This document shows, piece after piece, positions 1 through 13,646 of a DNA stretch of 64,000 nucleotides. The first letter of the stretch is position 1; every line of letters starts with the position of its first letter. The notes beneath the pieces are model-generated. The model worked only from the letters and a program-made list of their open reading frames with translations. It had not been told where the DNA came from and searched no databases. The DNA comes from the human T2T-CHM13v2.0 reference genome, Homo sapiens, in assembly GCF_009914755.1 (NCBI RefSeq), contig NC_060935.1; one strand, given 5' to 3'. Position numbers and translations under genes: made by a program.

Positions 1-195
1 CCATGCTATTCTTTTGAAATTATTTAAAAAAAAAAAAACAGGAACTTTTGTTTTGTGTGAATTTCTTTTTACAACTGTGATTTCATCATAGTCCTGCTAA
101 CAAAATACTCAAGCCAAAATCTGCTTTGGATGTTAGTATCTTCTACATAATTTTTGGGTGATCTAACAGCTAACTAGAAACAAGGAGAAGACAGT

Positions 196-445
196 TCAAG
201 GAGAGGAAAACAAGAGCAGAGATAATGCATTTATCTCAGCAGGAAAAGGAAATTTATAATAATTTGTACATGTTACCTGTATCCAAGCCAGACACATTTT
301 ATTCAAAGGCTGTTGGCCCAGCAGCCTTATCATCAAATATGACAGAACATAGTAAATAACTATTAATACTATTTTGTCTATCACAAAGTGTAGCAGAAAT
401 TTAAAGCCAGAAAGGACATTAGAAGTCATCAATTCTACATTTCTT
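196..445 (-). pseudogene. SPG11-like exon (boundaries approximate)
   Basis: Reads LALNFCYTL (~LAKELGCSYTD) and, in ORF 196-432, MIRLLGQQPLNKMCLA (~LRKILASQQPDRCKRA). Confidence 0.6.
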
Positions 446-883
446 CTTTTTAGAATAGAAAATTACGTCTCAAGGAGTGATTTACCGTATTACCTGTTTT
501 ACCATAGTATGCTTCTGATAAACACGTATTAATTACTAACTTCTTATAGTTAGAACCTACCAGAGATATCTGATCATAAGTCTATGTAAATGTACAACTC
601 CCTTTTTACTACCTTAGTTACATTGTATGTTTTGCATTATAAGAACTTCATAATTTTTAATAATGTATTATATATATCTTAAGGAAGACTAAAAAATTAT
701 GTTGAGACAGAAGAAATACTTTGACTCAGAGATTTGAAAATGATTTTTTATATTAATTTGGAAATGTTTCTTCTTAAGTCAGCTGCTCTCCTTGGGGCTG
801 ACAGACATTGGGTATTTGTTCATTATAATTGGGTATATAAATTCAATATATATAATTAACAATTATGACTAAAAATAACTCAC

Positions 884-1536
884 GAATTTATCTACATTGA
901 CCCTACTCCAGCTGGATTACCACCAAAATACTTTTTCAAGACCTTATTGGTTCAAGGATTTGGGGAATACATATTGTTGGCATTGAGTTCCATGGCTTGA
1001 AAAATCATTCCTACTAGCTTAGAATAAGGTTGGAATTATAAGATAACCAGAACTTTTAAAAAATCCACAATAAAGTCACCACATAGAAGAAGATAGTTAT
1101 GAAAATACTAAATTCTGGAAGCTTCTTCAGATAGTCCTATTTCTTGCAGTACATAGTACTTCATAGTTCCTCAAGGTCCTCTAGGCCAGAAGTTCACCAA
1201 GTGTGATCTCAAAGCCAGAATCATCAGACTCACCTGGAATCATTTTAGAAAAGCAAATACTCAGCAGGCCTAGAGCTACTCAATAAGAAACTCTGTGCAG
1301 AAGGTAAGGAGATCCATCAACCTGTGTTTTAACAATCTTCCAAGTGACTCTAATGTACACTCATGTTTGAGAACCATTAAACTAGGCCATCTCCCACACT
1401 CTCTGTCTGCATTTTTTAAATGGGGAAAATAAAATACAGAAAATAACTACAATCCTTATGTCTTGAATATTGTGATTCTCTGGGTTTTCTCAGATCACAC
1501 AAATAGTAACAAATCCAAGATGAGAAGATGTAACTC
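884..1536 (-). pseudogene. SPG11-like exon(s) interrupted by MER5A
   Basis: ttag|GAG at 1536 reads ELHLLIL (~ERHLLLTL). After MER5A reads LQEIGLSEEASRI*YFHNY (~LLDDGCVHEASRVCRYFHFY). Donor TTC|gtgagt at 884. Confidence 0.75.
1187..1379 (+). mobile_element. MER5A (hAT-Charlie MITE)
   Basis: Resembles the MER5A consensus, ending tttgagaaccatta. Degenerate 8-bp TSD ctctaggc/aactaggc. Confidence 0.85.
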
Positions 1537-1825
1537 CTAACTTATGTAAAACTAAGGTTAGAATGATAAAATTTTAGAGGCCAAAGAGACTTTGAAATTG
1601 AATCGATGTATTTTATGCTCTCATGTACTTCTAAATAGTTATTACTCTTAGGATTTCTTATTTGCTGTCTGATTCTTCTACTGAATTGAATCTCCATGAA
1701 GCAATAGACTATACTTTTTTGATCATTATTAGTTATACAATGCCTTTACAGTAATTTCAATGTAGTAGCTGTTTAATAAATATCTACTGACCTAATGATT
1801 ATTGACTATATAGACATAAACATAC

Positions 1826-2066
1826 ATTATATAGATCCAGAAACTGATAATAACACCGAATTTCAATTACATCCTCTTTCTAATCTGGTAAATTTTTAAC
1901 AAAATCCATCTTCTCTGCTGATCCATATACATACATAAATTGACAGGTTTAGAAAGAGTTACTGGAATGTGGAGAGGGATGTTTACATATTCAGAAGGAT
2001 GTTCTGATGTGTCTCAAAATAGAAAATCCATGACATATTTGATTTACCTTTGACGCACAGAAACAC
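1826..2066 (-). pseudogene. SPG11-like exon
   Basis: ttttttgtccag|G...AAT|gtatgt. Reads AEKMDFVKNLPD*KEDVIEIRCYYQFL (~QARIDFWKKCHENFKKNSISSKAASSFF). Confidence 0.6.
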
Positions 2067-3314
2067 CTGGACAAAAAAGAGAATATTATCTTTCCATAAT
2101 AAAAGAAAAATTCAGAATAAAAATACGAAATTTTTTAAATTTCTAAATATGGACCTCTAATTTATAAGTCCAATAACCTAGGGAATTTACAAAAATATAT
2201 TCCCTCTTTAAGTAACAAGTAAATCAATTATAATTCATCTTGACACTAATATGAATGTCTGTATACATTTATTCATTATACGTTAATTTCTCCTTTGGGT
2301 TAACTGAAAGCTATATACAAAAAAAAATAAAACCTGAGACCTTATAAGAGTGCCTAGAATAATGTTTTGCTTATATGAAGACATAAAGATAATGTTTCTA
2401 CCAAAAAGCAAAGCATCAGAGTTTAGACAAGAGGAAAAATGTGGGCAAGGCTGTATGGGCTAGACGTCTGTATTCAAATTACACCTCTGTTATGTACCAG
2501 TTGTACTCTTGGGCATATCTCTTCCTTTTCTGTTCAGTAAAATGTTGAATAATAATAGTACTTTCCTTGTAAGGATAATAGGGTTTAATGCATTAATACA
2601 CATAAAGTACTTAGACATAAATGTTAGCTATTATTATAGAGAATAGAGTACTAAATTAGGACCTAAATCAGGTTCCATATATTTCTCTAACAATATGCTC
2701 TTAATATTAAAAGCAATTTGACAAAAATAGAAGTTTTGTAAGTAACTAGAGATGGATGGATGGATGTTGCAAATATGGACAGCCCTCTAGTCTCTCCACT
2801 GATTATTCAAACAAACTCACAAGATCCAGGTGAATTAAGTGACATTTTATTTGTGAATGTACTTTGAAAATGGTGAAATACTCCAGAGATGAAAAGTAAT
2901 GGCAAAATGACAAATATTCAAATTATTTGCATAGTCTCGAAGGCTTTTCCTTGACTTTTTGGCCTCTTCCCTTGCTCCTGCCTTCCCTTCCCCAACTAGA
3001 CATAAGCCTTCAGTGGACCTGTGAACATGTTACCCTCCTCCAGGCTTAGAAAGTTACTTCCCAGCAAATGTCCTAATCACCAATTGTGTGTCCTTCAGGT
3101 TTTTCTTAAATATTATTTCCTCAGAGAAATCTTTCAACCAGAAAAAATAGAAAAATAGGCCCCTTGTTAATGCTATTATATTAGTTATACTCAGGCTATA
3201 AACTGTGTACTATGCCAAATATCAAGAGTATTGAAAGTGAGATCTCTGTCTACCTTGTCTTGCTCACAGTAGGAACTTAAAAATAAAGTTGACTCAATGG
3301 GCGAATTAGTCATC

Positions 3315-3613
3315 CTTATAATCTGGTAATGAACAAAGTAAAATATGTTAAAGAGAAAGACTGATTCCGTTTGCTGCTCAATACAATTCTTTTATTTCAT
3401 GGACCTCAATAAAAAAGCTCCCCGTGAGTTTCATGGGAAAAGAACATGTTTTTGAAGTTAGTCCATAGTAAATAGCTGAAAAATAAGACTGATGCTGAAT
3501 TTTTCCATAAACATACTGAAAAATTGAGCTGCTTCTGTATATACATATTTTTGACTTTGTGTAAATACACAGTGAGGATGTATTTTCCCTTCTTGTTCCT
3601 AGTTTAACTCTAA
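3315..3613 (-). pseudogene. SPG11-like exon (boundaries approximate)
   Basis: Across frameshifts reads GKIHP (~TKVHP), QYVYGKIQ (~QYELGKLL), IFQLF (~LLQLF), GISLSL*HILL (~TSIAINHTII). Confidence 0.55.
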
Positions 3614-3789
3614 CTATTGTTTTTTAAAACAGTAATAACTTAATTACTAAATTAATTTTAGACACTAAAAATAACCCACTGGTCTCCATTCTCATCAAAA
3701 TCCTAGTGGAGTTTTGCAACTATGCCAGACCCACCACACTTAGCAGATGTGACAGCAACTGCCAAAAGACAAAGCAAGGATCCAGGTAC

Positions 3790-4030
3790 CTTCTTTGGTT
3801 TCTTTATATTTTAATGACAAAGTTTTCTATCTGAATTTTGTCCAAATTCAGAAAAAAGAGCAAGAGTGTTTATTTGAAATACTCTCCCAGGCCCAAATAC
3901 TATCTTGCAGGAGAAACCAAACCATTTACCTAAGAAAGAACTGAATGTACATTTTATCCTCAGCAAACCTTACAATAACAAGATTTAGCTTGGGGAATGA
4001 TGGTCGTTGACATACCTGCGGTGAAGTAAT
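3790..4030 (-). pseudogene. SPG11-like exon
   Basis: ctctgttttag|ATT...AAG|gtacct. One frame reads LNLVIVRFAEDKMYIQFFLR*MVWFLLQDS...HSCSFF (~LSVIWRTLLTRQKSKTLIRGFQLFFKDS...ELCMFF). Confidence 0.7.
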
Positions 4031-5166
4031 CTAAAACAGAGCTAGTCAATTGCTGTAAAGAAACTTGCAAACAATATCAAGGAATAAAACATGAGGCTAG
4101 TAACGGGGAACAAATAGATAGTAATTAGCAACAAGACAAAACAGGGTCTGCAGGATGTCAATTAGGAAGAGCTGCAGAGCCTCGGAGAAGTGAGGAAATG
4201 CCCAGAGCTAGGCTCTGCAGCCACTGCTCCCCTCCAACATGGCCCTGAATCAGCCTGCACCTCTGTTTCTTGCTCTCCCCCTCTGCATCCTCATTTTGCA
4301 AAGTATCCCGCATCTCTTTGGTGTCTATGCTTCAGAAAGTATAGGTGCAGGAGAGAAGAGTGGTGAAGGATAAAGGGGGATGATGGCAGGAACAAAGCCA
4401 TTGATCTTTTATATATCAATTTTTCTCATCATACTCCTCTGAAGTATATGTGATTACATCCATTTTACAAATGAATACATTGATATCCATAGAGGTTAAA
4501 TGAGTTACCAGGGTTTCACAGCTACTAAGTTTCAGCACCATGATTCCAGTATGTAGACCACGCATTTTCCACCATCTCCTCCAGCCTCTTTTTAGCCCTT
4601 CTTTATTAGTCCTTTCTCTGTGTAAGCATGAAAATATGCCTTCCAAAGGCTCCCAAATGCTTTCTAAATCTTAGGACCTCAGGGTCTCCCCCAAAGTCCC
4701 TGTTTTTCCTAACCTTCTTCCTTCAGCACCACTCTTATAGTATGTACACTCCATCTAAGAATTTTCCTGAACCACTCTAACGTCTTATTATCTCTTTGGA
4801 ACATCACCATCTCCCTAGGCATATTCTCACATAAATTATGTTTATGACACTTATCTGTGTAATGATGCCAGCCCCATCTCATTTCAGACATTCAGTACTA
4901 ACTCAACCCACTTCTTGCTTTTATATCCATTTGTAGTGCTAGTGCCCTCGCCTGGAGGACAAGAACTGAAATCTTTATTTTGGTTTAGTTCAGGAGTCTT
5001 TGTCATAACTACTGAACTCTGTTGCAGAAAGTAGCCATTGACAATATGTAAGTGAATGATGCTACTATACCTAAGGGGTCTGAACACCAGCATTTAGCAT
5101 ATGCCAATAATAGCTGTTTAGAAGGCCAAGGCAAAGTAAAGAAATTAAAAAATAAATAAAGCCAAC

Positions 5167-5247
5167 CTTTGTAAACTAGGAAGTTCAAATTTTCAGAGAC
5201 TCTAGTGAGTAGTGAATATGCCCATGTGAGTATGAAAGTATTCATGT
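5167..5247 (-). pseudogene. SPG11-like exon (81 nt)
   Basis: Donor AAG|gttggc, phase 1->1. Reads DMNTFILTWAYSLLTRVSE (~SAISCLCVWIITSVED). Confidence 0.5.
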
Positions 5248-5444
5248 CTATGACTCAGAGGGTCTTATCAAACAAGGTCTATTGGTTTCCACTTCTTACA
5301 ATAACCTTAAAATAACCCCTACAGGATCTGATCCCTAACCCTCCAGCTCATTTCCCTGTTTCTGTTACTTCTCTAACAAATATTCTATTACTTTCTTCTT
5401 CCTCCCTCATCACAGTGGCATTCTGACTGAAACGGTGTATGGCT

Positions 5445-5635
5445 CCCAAACTTTAGCTCAATCAGAACTACCTGGAAGACTTTTTAAAACACAGATTGCT
5501 GGGCCTCACCAGGGTTTCTAATTCAGTAGTCTAGGATGGGGTCTGATAATTTGCATTTCTAACTTTGGGGTGTGTGTAGAGAGGTATGAAGATATTGATG
5601 CTGCTAGACTTAGAACCATACTTTGAGAACACTAG
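5445..5635 (-). mobile_element. MER5A-like hAT MITE
   Basis: cagattgctgggcctcacc...gtttctaattcagtag...catactttgagaacact. Confidence 0.7.
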
Positions 5636-6071
5636 ATTAAAGTCACTTTTCAACAGAACACAAAGATTCAGGTAAAAGAAACCAAGTGTGAGATTTTCCT
5701 ATCAAGGCTGGCAGCCCCAAATTTCTGTAATTAGAGGGAGAGAAAGAGGGAGACAGAGAGAGTGATACAAACAGACACACAGGAAGAAAGGCAGAGAAGA
5801 AGGATCTGCATATCTAAAAAGTATGTCTAGAAAAGAGTTGTGGCTGTGGCAGTTCACACATGGGAATTAGATACATAAGAAGCCTTCCAAAAAATCTAAG
5901 AGTATTTTACAGGCAAAGAAACCACAGTATTAATTTTTAATTACATAATTAAATTATTATTTATTAAAATAAATAGTAAATTATGTAATTGTACAAGATT
6001 TAATACTACCCTTGCAACCTCAGTTATTTATGAGAAACAATATTTCAAAGTTACTAAGCCCTAGTGACTAC

Positions 6072-6194
6072 CATGTGACTCTCATTTTCATCAACTCTGA
6101 ATGATAAGAATTGTGCTATACAAGGGCCCACCCTTGTATCAGGTCCAGCTGTGTCTGGAGAGGATACACATGAAAATTCGTGATAGCATTTCTC
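6072..6194 (-). pseudogene. SPG11-like exon
   Basis: ccttttcctaaag|GA. Reads EMLSRIFMCILSRHSW (~DLFEILLQCSEEPDSW) and YSTILIIQS (~QAPILSVLAS). Donor ATG|gtagtc is weak. Confidence 0.6.
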
Positions 6195-6264
6195 CTTTAG
6201 GAAAAGGCTAAGCAATTCAATATGTATAAGGGACAATGAGCCACATACTTGGTGAGCAAATGGC

Positions 6265-6590
6265 ACTCTGGACTATTTTACCAAATATCTCAAGACTTCT
6301 CTTCCAGATGAAACTGGACCTCTCTACACATACCCCAAACTTAGTTATGTCCATATGGCTTGCCCCGTATTAGATGCACTGTGTGTTACTTCTGGGTAGA
6401 AGTTCTAGGAGTACAATGACTTTCCATTTCCCATGTCAACTTGCAATGGTGGCTTTCTATCAGCCTGTGCTTCTGAGTGACTACGATGCATAGAGTTCTT
6501 TGCTGACCCTGCTGGATGGGTAGCTACAATAAGAAATAAATGTTTATTGTTTTATGCCACTGAGATTTGGGGATCATTTTTGACCCTAAC
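6265..6590 (+). mobile_element. MLT1-family (ERVL-MaLR) LTR remnant
   Basis: Typical 3' part: aagaaataaatgtttattgttttatgccactgagatttgggg. Confidence 0.6.
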
Positions 6591-6851
6591 ATCATCGTGC
6601 CTTTTAAATTTTCAGGCTAGTTAAGCATGGGACTCTGGAAAATAGCAATCAACTGATGATACCATTCTTAGTACTGCTAATTACCATTGCTACCTGGAAA
6701 TGTATTTAAAAATATTTAATAGTTGTAAAGTATTGGGCAAGACACTTTTCTACTAATAATTTCTTCTTCTGTATAATGAAGAGTTGAGCTATATGCCCAA
6801 GGACCCATAAAATCTATGACTCTACAGGAGAAAAATTAATCCATAACTTAC

Positions 6852-7230
6852 TAAGTACAGGCTGTTACTACAGGCTTTCTATTTCATATCTTGAACCCCA
6901 AGTTTAATACTCTCCTTTGAAGATTATCTGATATACACTGTGAAGAATATTCAAATAAGGATGTTCAGGAGGGTTATTTAAGAGATTTGTGGTACAATGT
7001 CTTGTTGCAATCCAACCAATCATGAAAATAACTCTTGGAAAATGAAGAGAAGCAAGAGTCTTGGAAAAGTTGCTGGATTTCTTAAATTAATTTAGTATTA
7101 GAGAAATGGCAGTGGAGTCATACTGGAATACAAAAGCTTGAGTTCTACTCTATTGTTTTTGCCTGGAACCCTTGATTCAGAGAGAATGTATACAGAAAGA
7201 ACTTTATGATTCCTTGTTGTTAGATATCAT
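6852..7230 (-). pseudogene. SPG11-like exon (379 nt)
   Basis: aatttgtcag|AT...TTA|gtaagt. One frame, 125 codons, 7 stops: IPV*LHCHFSNTKL (~ALVVQFCRLHNMKL), HDWLD (~NDWLQ), TSLFEYSSQCISDNLQRRVLNL (~KSLIQYFSPVIQDHLRLAFENL). Confidence 0.8.
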
Positions 7231-7254
7231 CTGACAAATTGGAACTAAGTGCTG

Positions 7255-7415
7255 GTGTCTTTTCCTTTTATAACAGCATTAATCCCATCATGAGGGCTTC
7301 ATTCTTATGACCTAATTACCTCCCAAAGCTCCACTTTCTAATACCATCACAGTGGGAATTAGGATTTCAACATAGGATTTTGGAGGTGTAGGGAAAACAA
7401 ATATCCAATTCATTA
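7255..7415 (-). mobile_element. MST/MLT1A-like LTR fragment
   Basis: cattaatcccatcatgagggc...taataccatcacagtgggaattaggatttcaacatagg. Confidence 0.6.
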
Positions 7416-7521
7416 GAGAAGAGAAAGGAAGACAGAAAACAAAGGAAAGGGAGGTAATAGAAGAAATGTATAGTCAACAAAAGTTGCCACTTTGTGTAAT
7501 GAGAATTAACATAAACAATAC

Positions 7522-7751
7522 CAGCCCAGATTCTGTGTAATTGACACATGTGGAATGGCTATATTAGATTGCTGCTAATATTAACTGGGATATAGAAAAA
7601 TCCAGTAGTATCTTTTAAGGCCTCCAGCAAAATCATAGAAGTGATTGTCACATTTTTCAGAACAATCATTCATGGCAATTACAATCTTCATTAACAGAAA
7701 CATTTACTTTTGTTTTTGTTCTGCATTTTTAGAGAAGAATGTGAATGAAAG
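7522..7751 (-). pseudogene. SPG11-like exon
   Basis: ctttctctctaccag|CT...CTG|gtattg. Reads FIHILL*KCRTK (~ANIILSYKCRNE), then a frameshift to TSMILLEALKDTT (~TTEELLVLLEEGT). Confidence 0.7.
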
Positions 7752-7912
7752 CTGGTAGAGAGAAAGTGCTTGAGTTCCCACTCTGAAGCTGTGAAATCTG
7801 AGCTCTACATATTTCTTAGGACTCGCAGAACTTCAGGGCCTCTGAATGCTCTCATTTTCTCCCAAGCAGCAAATAATTCCATGGCTAAATTGAAATTTAT
7901 TACATAATGTAA

Positions 7913-8426
<514 letters not shown>

Positions 8427-8861
8427 TAGCCTTTTGTAACTGATTTAGTTCACATGGTATAATTCTCTGAGATTCATCTATGTTGTTTTACATATCAGTA
8501 AAGTTGACTTTCAAGTTCGTTGACTTTCATTATTAATGTTTCACTGTATGGATGCACCATAATATGTTCATTTATTGGCCAGTGCATGGGTGTTCGAGTT
8601 GTTTCCAGTTTGGGGTGATTACAAATAAATTGGCTATCAACAAATAAAGGTCTTATTGTAGACAGATATTTTCCTTTCTGTCAGGTAAATACTTAGGAGT
8701 GGGATCACTGAATTGCATGGTAAGCGTATCCTAAACTTTACAGAAAACTGCCAAAAGCTTTTCAAAGTAGCTATACCATTTTCCATTTGTAATGTATGAA
8801 AATTTCAGTTGTTCTGCATCCTTGTCAACATGTGATATTGTCAGGGTTTTATTTTATTTAA

Positions 8862-9177
<316 letters not shown>

Positions 9178-10167
9178 TGTTTTTGCCATTTTGATACATG
9201 TGTAGTGGTGTCTCATGGTTGAATACACATTTTCTAATGACCAATGAAATTGAGCATATTTTCATATATTTATTTACCATCTGTATGTTTGCTGTGGTAA
9301 AATATCTGTTTCAATATCTTGCTCTTCTTTTAAATTGGTATCTATTTTCAAAGTATAGAGGAGTAAGAATTGTTTATATATTTTAGGTAGAAGTCCTTCA
9401 TCAGGCATGCAATCTGCAAATATTTTCTTTCAATCTAAGATTAGAATTTGATTTACTTAACCTTGTCTCTAAACAAAAAAAATTTATAATTTTAATGAAG
9501 TCAAATTTAGTTCTATGCAATGTTCTAGAAGTTTCATAGTTTTAAGTTTTATATTTGGATCTGTGATCCATTTCTAATAAAATTTTGTGCATAGGAGAAA
9601 ATACAGGTTGAGGTTCATTTTTTACATGTGACTGTCCAATTATCCTATCACCATTTGTAGAAGAAATTATCTTTTTTTTTCACTGAATTGCCTTGCCAGA
9701 AAATGTCTGTCAGAAATCAATTAATCACGAGTGAATATTTCTGAATTTCTTTTTCTGTTCCATTGATTAATGTATCTATTCATTTGCCAATAAAATGCTG
9801 TCTTGATTACTATGGCCTTGTAGTATGTCTTATAATCAGTTCATATGAGCTCCCCAACTTTGTCATCTTTTTAAAAAATAATTTTGGTTATTCTAGGTCA
9901 TTTCATACTCAATTTAATCTTTAAAATAAGCTTGTCAGTTTCTCTAATGTGTCTTCTGGGATTTTTATTGGCATAGCATTGGATCTATAGGTCAATTTGA
10001 GAATAATTAATATCTTAAAATATTGGATAAATATAAACATTTTTCTTTGTTTAAGTCATCTTTAAATTATATCAGCATTGTTTGTACTTTTCAGCATTCA
10101 AATCTAACACGTATTTTAAAAGATTTATTTCTAGTTTATATTTTTTGATACCATTGCAAATAGTATT

Positions 10168-10560
10168 TGTGTTAGTCCATTTTGCATTTTGGGTAATTTA
10201 TAAGAAATAAAGATTATTTGCATCACACCCTGCAGGCTATACAAGAAGCCTAGTACCAGCATCTGCTTCTGGTGAGGGCCTTGGGGAACTTTCAATTATA
10301 GCAGAAGTGGAAGGGGATCCATGTGTCTCCAGGTGAGAGAGGGACAGAGAGAGAGAGGAGGAGGAGGTGCCAGACTCTTCTTAACAACCAAGTCTCACAT
10401 GAATATGGGAGTAAGAACTCATTTAATACTGTGGAGAGGGCATCAAGACATTTATGAGGGATTTGCCCTCATGGTCCTCATATCGCCAACTAGGCCCCAC
10501 ATCAAACATTAGGGATTGTATTTCTACATAAGACTTGGAGTGGACAACTGTCCAAACTGT
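10168..10560 (-). mobile_element. MST-family MaLR solo LTR
   Basis: tgtgttagtccattttgca...catctgcttctggtgagggcct...tccaaactgta. Confidence 0.8.
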
Positions 10561-12753
10561 ACTACTATTTTATCAAATTTCCAATTGTTAATTTCTATTA
10601 TGGAAATTCAGTGGACTTTTATGTATAGACCATGTATCCTGTGACCTGTTAAACTTAAATATCAGTCTTAACATCTTTTTGTAAAATAGTTGGGATTTTA
10701 TCGATAGACAATTATATTGTTTGAAAAGAAAGATCAAGTTTTTGTCTTTCCAATATTTATTTTATTTTTTCTGCTTGATAATACTGCTAGTACATTGTTA
10801 AATGGAAGTCTCAGGAATGGACATCCTTGCTTTGTTCCTGATCTAACAGGGAAAGCATTCACTCTTTCTCTACTAACTATGATATTAGTGTTAGTTGTAT
10901 TTTATAGATGCTATATATCAGGTTGAGGAAGTTTTGCTCTTTTCCTCATTTATTGAGTGTTTTTAACATGGTGGATATTTTTCTGCATCTATTCAAATTT
11001 TTTTCATGTCTGTTTACATAGTAAGTTATATTAATTGATTTCCAAATGTTGAACCAACCTTCCATTCCTGAGATAAGCCCTACTTGGTCATAATTTAGTA
11101 TTTTTTTACATGTTGATACATTTTATTTGCTAAGATTTTGAAATGGATTTTGTGTCTATGTTCATGAAGAATATTCTTTAGTTTTTTTTCTCATATATTT
11201 GCCTAGTTTTGGTATTAGAATAATGATGAACTCTTAAAATTAGTTGTACAGTGTTTCCTCTTTTTCTGTTTACTAGACTAGTTTGTGTAAAATCAGAAGT
11301 TTTTCTTCTTTAAATATTTGTTTGGATTCACCAATGAAGGCATCTATATGTAGAAGTTAATTTATAGGAATGTTTTAAATTATGAATTCAATTTCTTTAA
11401 TAGATACAGGTCTGTTCTGGCTATCTGAATCTCATTGAATGAGCTTTGATAGTTGTAGCCTTTTAAAGAACGTATTTCTTTCATATAAACTATCTAACAT
11501 ATTGGCCTAACACTGTTAATTCTTTTATTAGGCTTTTTATATCTGTAGCATCTCTAGTGATGTCTCATCTTCATTCCTAACATTGATTATTTGTAACTTC
11601 TCTTTTATCTTGACCTAGTTAGAGTTTAATATAATTGATCTCTACCAAAAATACCCATTGATTATATTGATTTTTCACTATTGTTTTGTTTCCAATTTAA
11701 TTGAATCTGCTCTTTATTATTTCAATTTTTTTTTGCTTCCTTTTGGTTTAAATTGCTCTGCTTTTTCTAGTTTCTTAAGATATATGCTTACATTATTGAT
11801 TTGAAATCTTTCTTTTTTCAAATTTATGGCCTTGTGTTTCAGTCATCACTTTAAAATTTATATCTGTTGGATTATGAGTGTGGAAGTCAAGCCTTGAATT
11901 GTAGAGTGTTATGTCCCTTCTCAAAGTTAAACTTGTGTTATGTCCCTTCTCAAAGTTACATCAGATAAAAATTAAATAAAGATACTAACTAGATATCTCA
12001 TTTCTGAAGGGAGTAAGGAGGAAGAGTTGAAAAGTTCCCAAAAAGGACTTTTACATGTCAGCTGTAATATGAGGGCAGAATCCATGAGGTTATTCTTAAC
12101 CTTATTATTTTTGAAACCCAAGAAATGATTCAAGAAGGAGTTACTTAGTGTTTGGGAGTGTTAGCCACCTCCTTCTCTCCTATTAACTATTTCCTATGTT
12201 ACCATTTCTTTTCAGCCACTGTCCCCACATAAACGCACCATTAAAAATTAACATAATTGAGAAATGTTAGAATATTTATAAAATTGAAACATAAACACAG
12301 GCATTGAACTTCGTAGCATCTCTAACAAGTGTTCATCCAATCTCTATTTAAAAAATTTCCAAGGCAAAGGTATAAACACATTGGCAGGCAGCCACTGTTT
12401 ATTTTAGATATTACCTAAGCCACTCACTTTTTCATTCAGCCAACATTAACACCTTTACGTGCTAATGAAAATGTATAAGGCATGGTTCCCTCTTCAAAAT
12501 ATTCAATCAAGTAAAGAGAGGCCTATAAATAACTAAAAGTAAAAATGCGCAATAAAAGTCATGATGAAAGTGTATACGGGATACATGATTTAAAAAAAGC
12601 TTTACTTTTAGTATTTGTTGTAGACGAGGGTGATAGCAAGGATTTCCCCTTTTAATTAATAAAGAAAGGAAGTAAGAATTAAATAAAATGATTGACTCAA
12701 AGACATTCTCACAGACACATTTTAGGACCAGGAAAATTTAACATCAACCTTAC

Positions 12754-13646
12754 TTAATGGATTAACATACAAAAGATTATGTCAATCAGAAAGAGGTTTG
12801 ATGACACTTTTAAGGTCTCCATGACACTTAAGGTTGGTGGAGTTTCTTAAAGGCACTATTCAAATCAGCCAATTTGATTATTAGGTCTTTCTGGAAAGAA
12901 CATGTCTACATCCTTACTGTTTCCGTAGATATATCTGGCTATCACAGCCTTCTGTTGTTAAACATTCAAATCCTATAATTAATTCCCCTTGTTGATTTCA
13001 TGCTCAAACAGCAACCTTCTGATAATTTGGCTTCCTGAGTAGCTTGCACATGGAGAATAAAGGTGAAGCTCAGACTGGTACTATTATCTATTCCCTTGAG
13101 AAGCTACAGTTCTTATTGAAATTTAAGAGTCTGTCATTCTGATTAATAAATCAGACTCTTGAGAATATTGTTATCACAAGCCACTATCCCAGAGGGAGAC
13201 CACCTCTGGAACTCTGATATGAACAACTTTTAAACATGAAGCCTAAATTCCAAACCCCATCCAATAGGGAATTCCCTGAATAAATACATGTAACACTGTG
13301 GAGTTACAGGTTACACCAATGAGAGGAATCTGGAAACAGAAGGAATTGTTCTTTTGACAAACTAGTATGTATGTAGACTTTACTTGTGTGAAGTTTTGCA
13401 TTGCCTTCCAGGCATCCTTCTATGTATCATCCTGTTCAATATTGTTGGCAGGTGAAATATCTATTGGAATTTGCCATTGATTCCTGAAATTATCTAATTT
13501 CCTAAACTCTGGTGGGAACTTTCCCTTTTCCTTCATAGACATAGCAACAACTTTTAACAGCCAATTTTTACTTGAAATGCCTAGAGTAAATTTTCTTTTC
13601 ATTATTAAACCTAAGCTGATACGAAGATATTTTTGTGTTTGGTATC
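12754..13646 (-). pseudogene. Large SPG11-like exon (or two; alternative donor at 12918)
   Basis: ttatttttaag|GA, phase 1 matching the previous exon. Reads KYLRISL (~LIFQASL), WLLKVVAMSMKEKG (~TLLALATTMYSPG), YQSSRGGLPLG (~WQSANTLAIG), RLLNF (~ERLNF), GELIIGFECL (~NEAYVIGLSSF), NSTNLKCHGDLK (~DSLKLRVDMK). Donor TAA|gtaagg. Confidence 0.7.

Noticed and set aside
2048-2066. 19-nt micro-exon (ccag|GTGTTTCTGTGCGTCAAAG|gtaaat)
   Set aside because: The frame continues to the DF.K motif and the donor at 1826; treated as part of a larger exon.
4016-4030. 15-nt micro-exon (ttttag|ATTACTTCACCGCAG|gtatgt)
   Set aside because: SPG11-like similarity continues in frame past this donor to 3790, so the ancestral exon was longer. 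It could still be a cryptic donor today.
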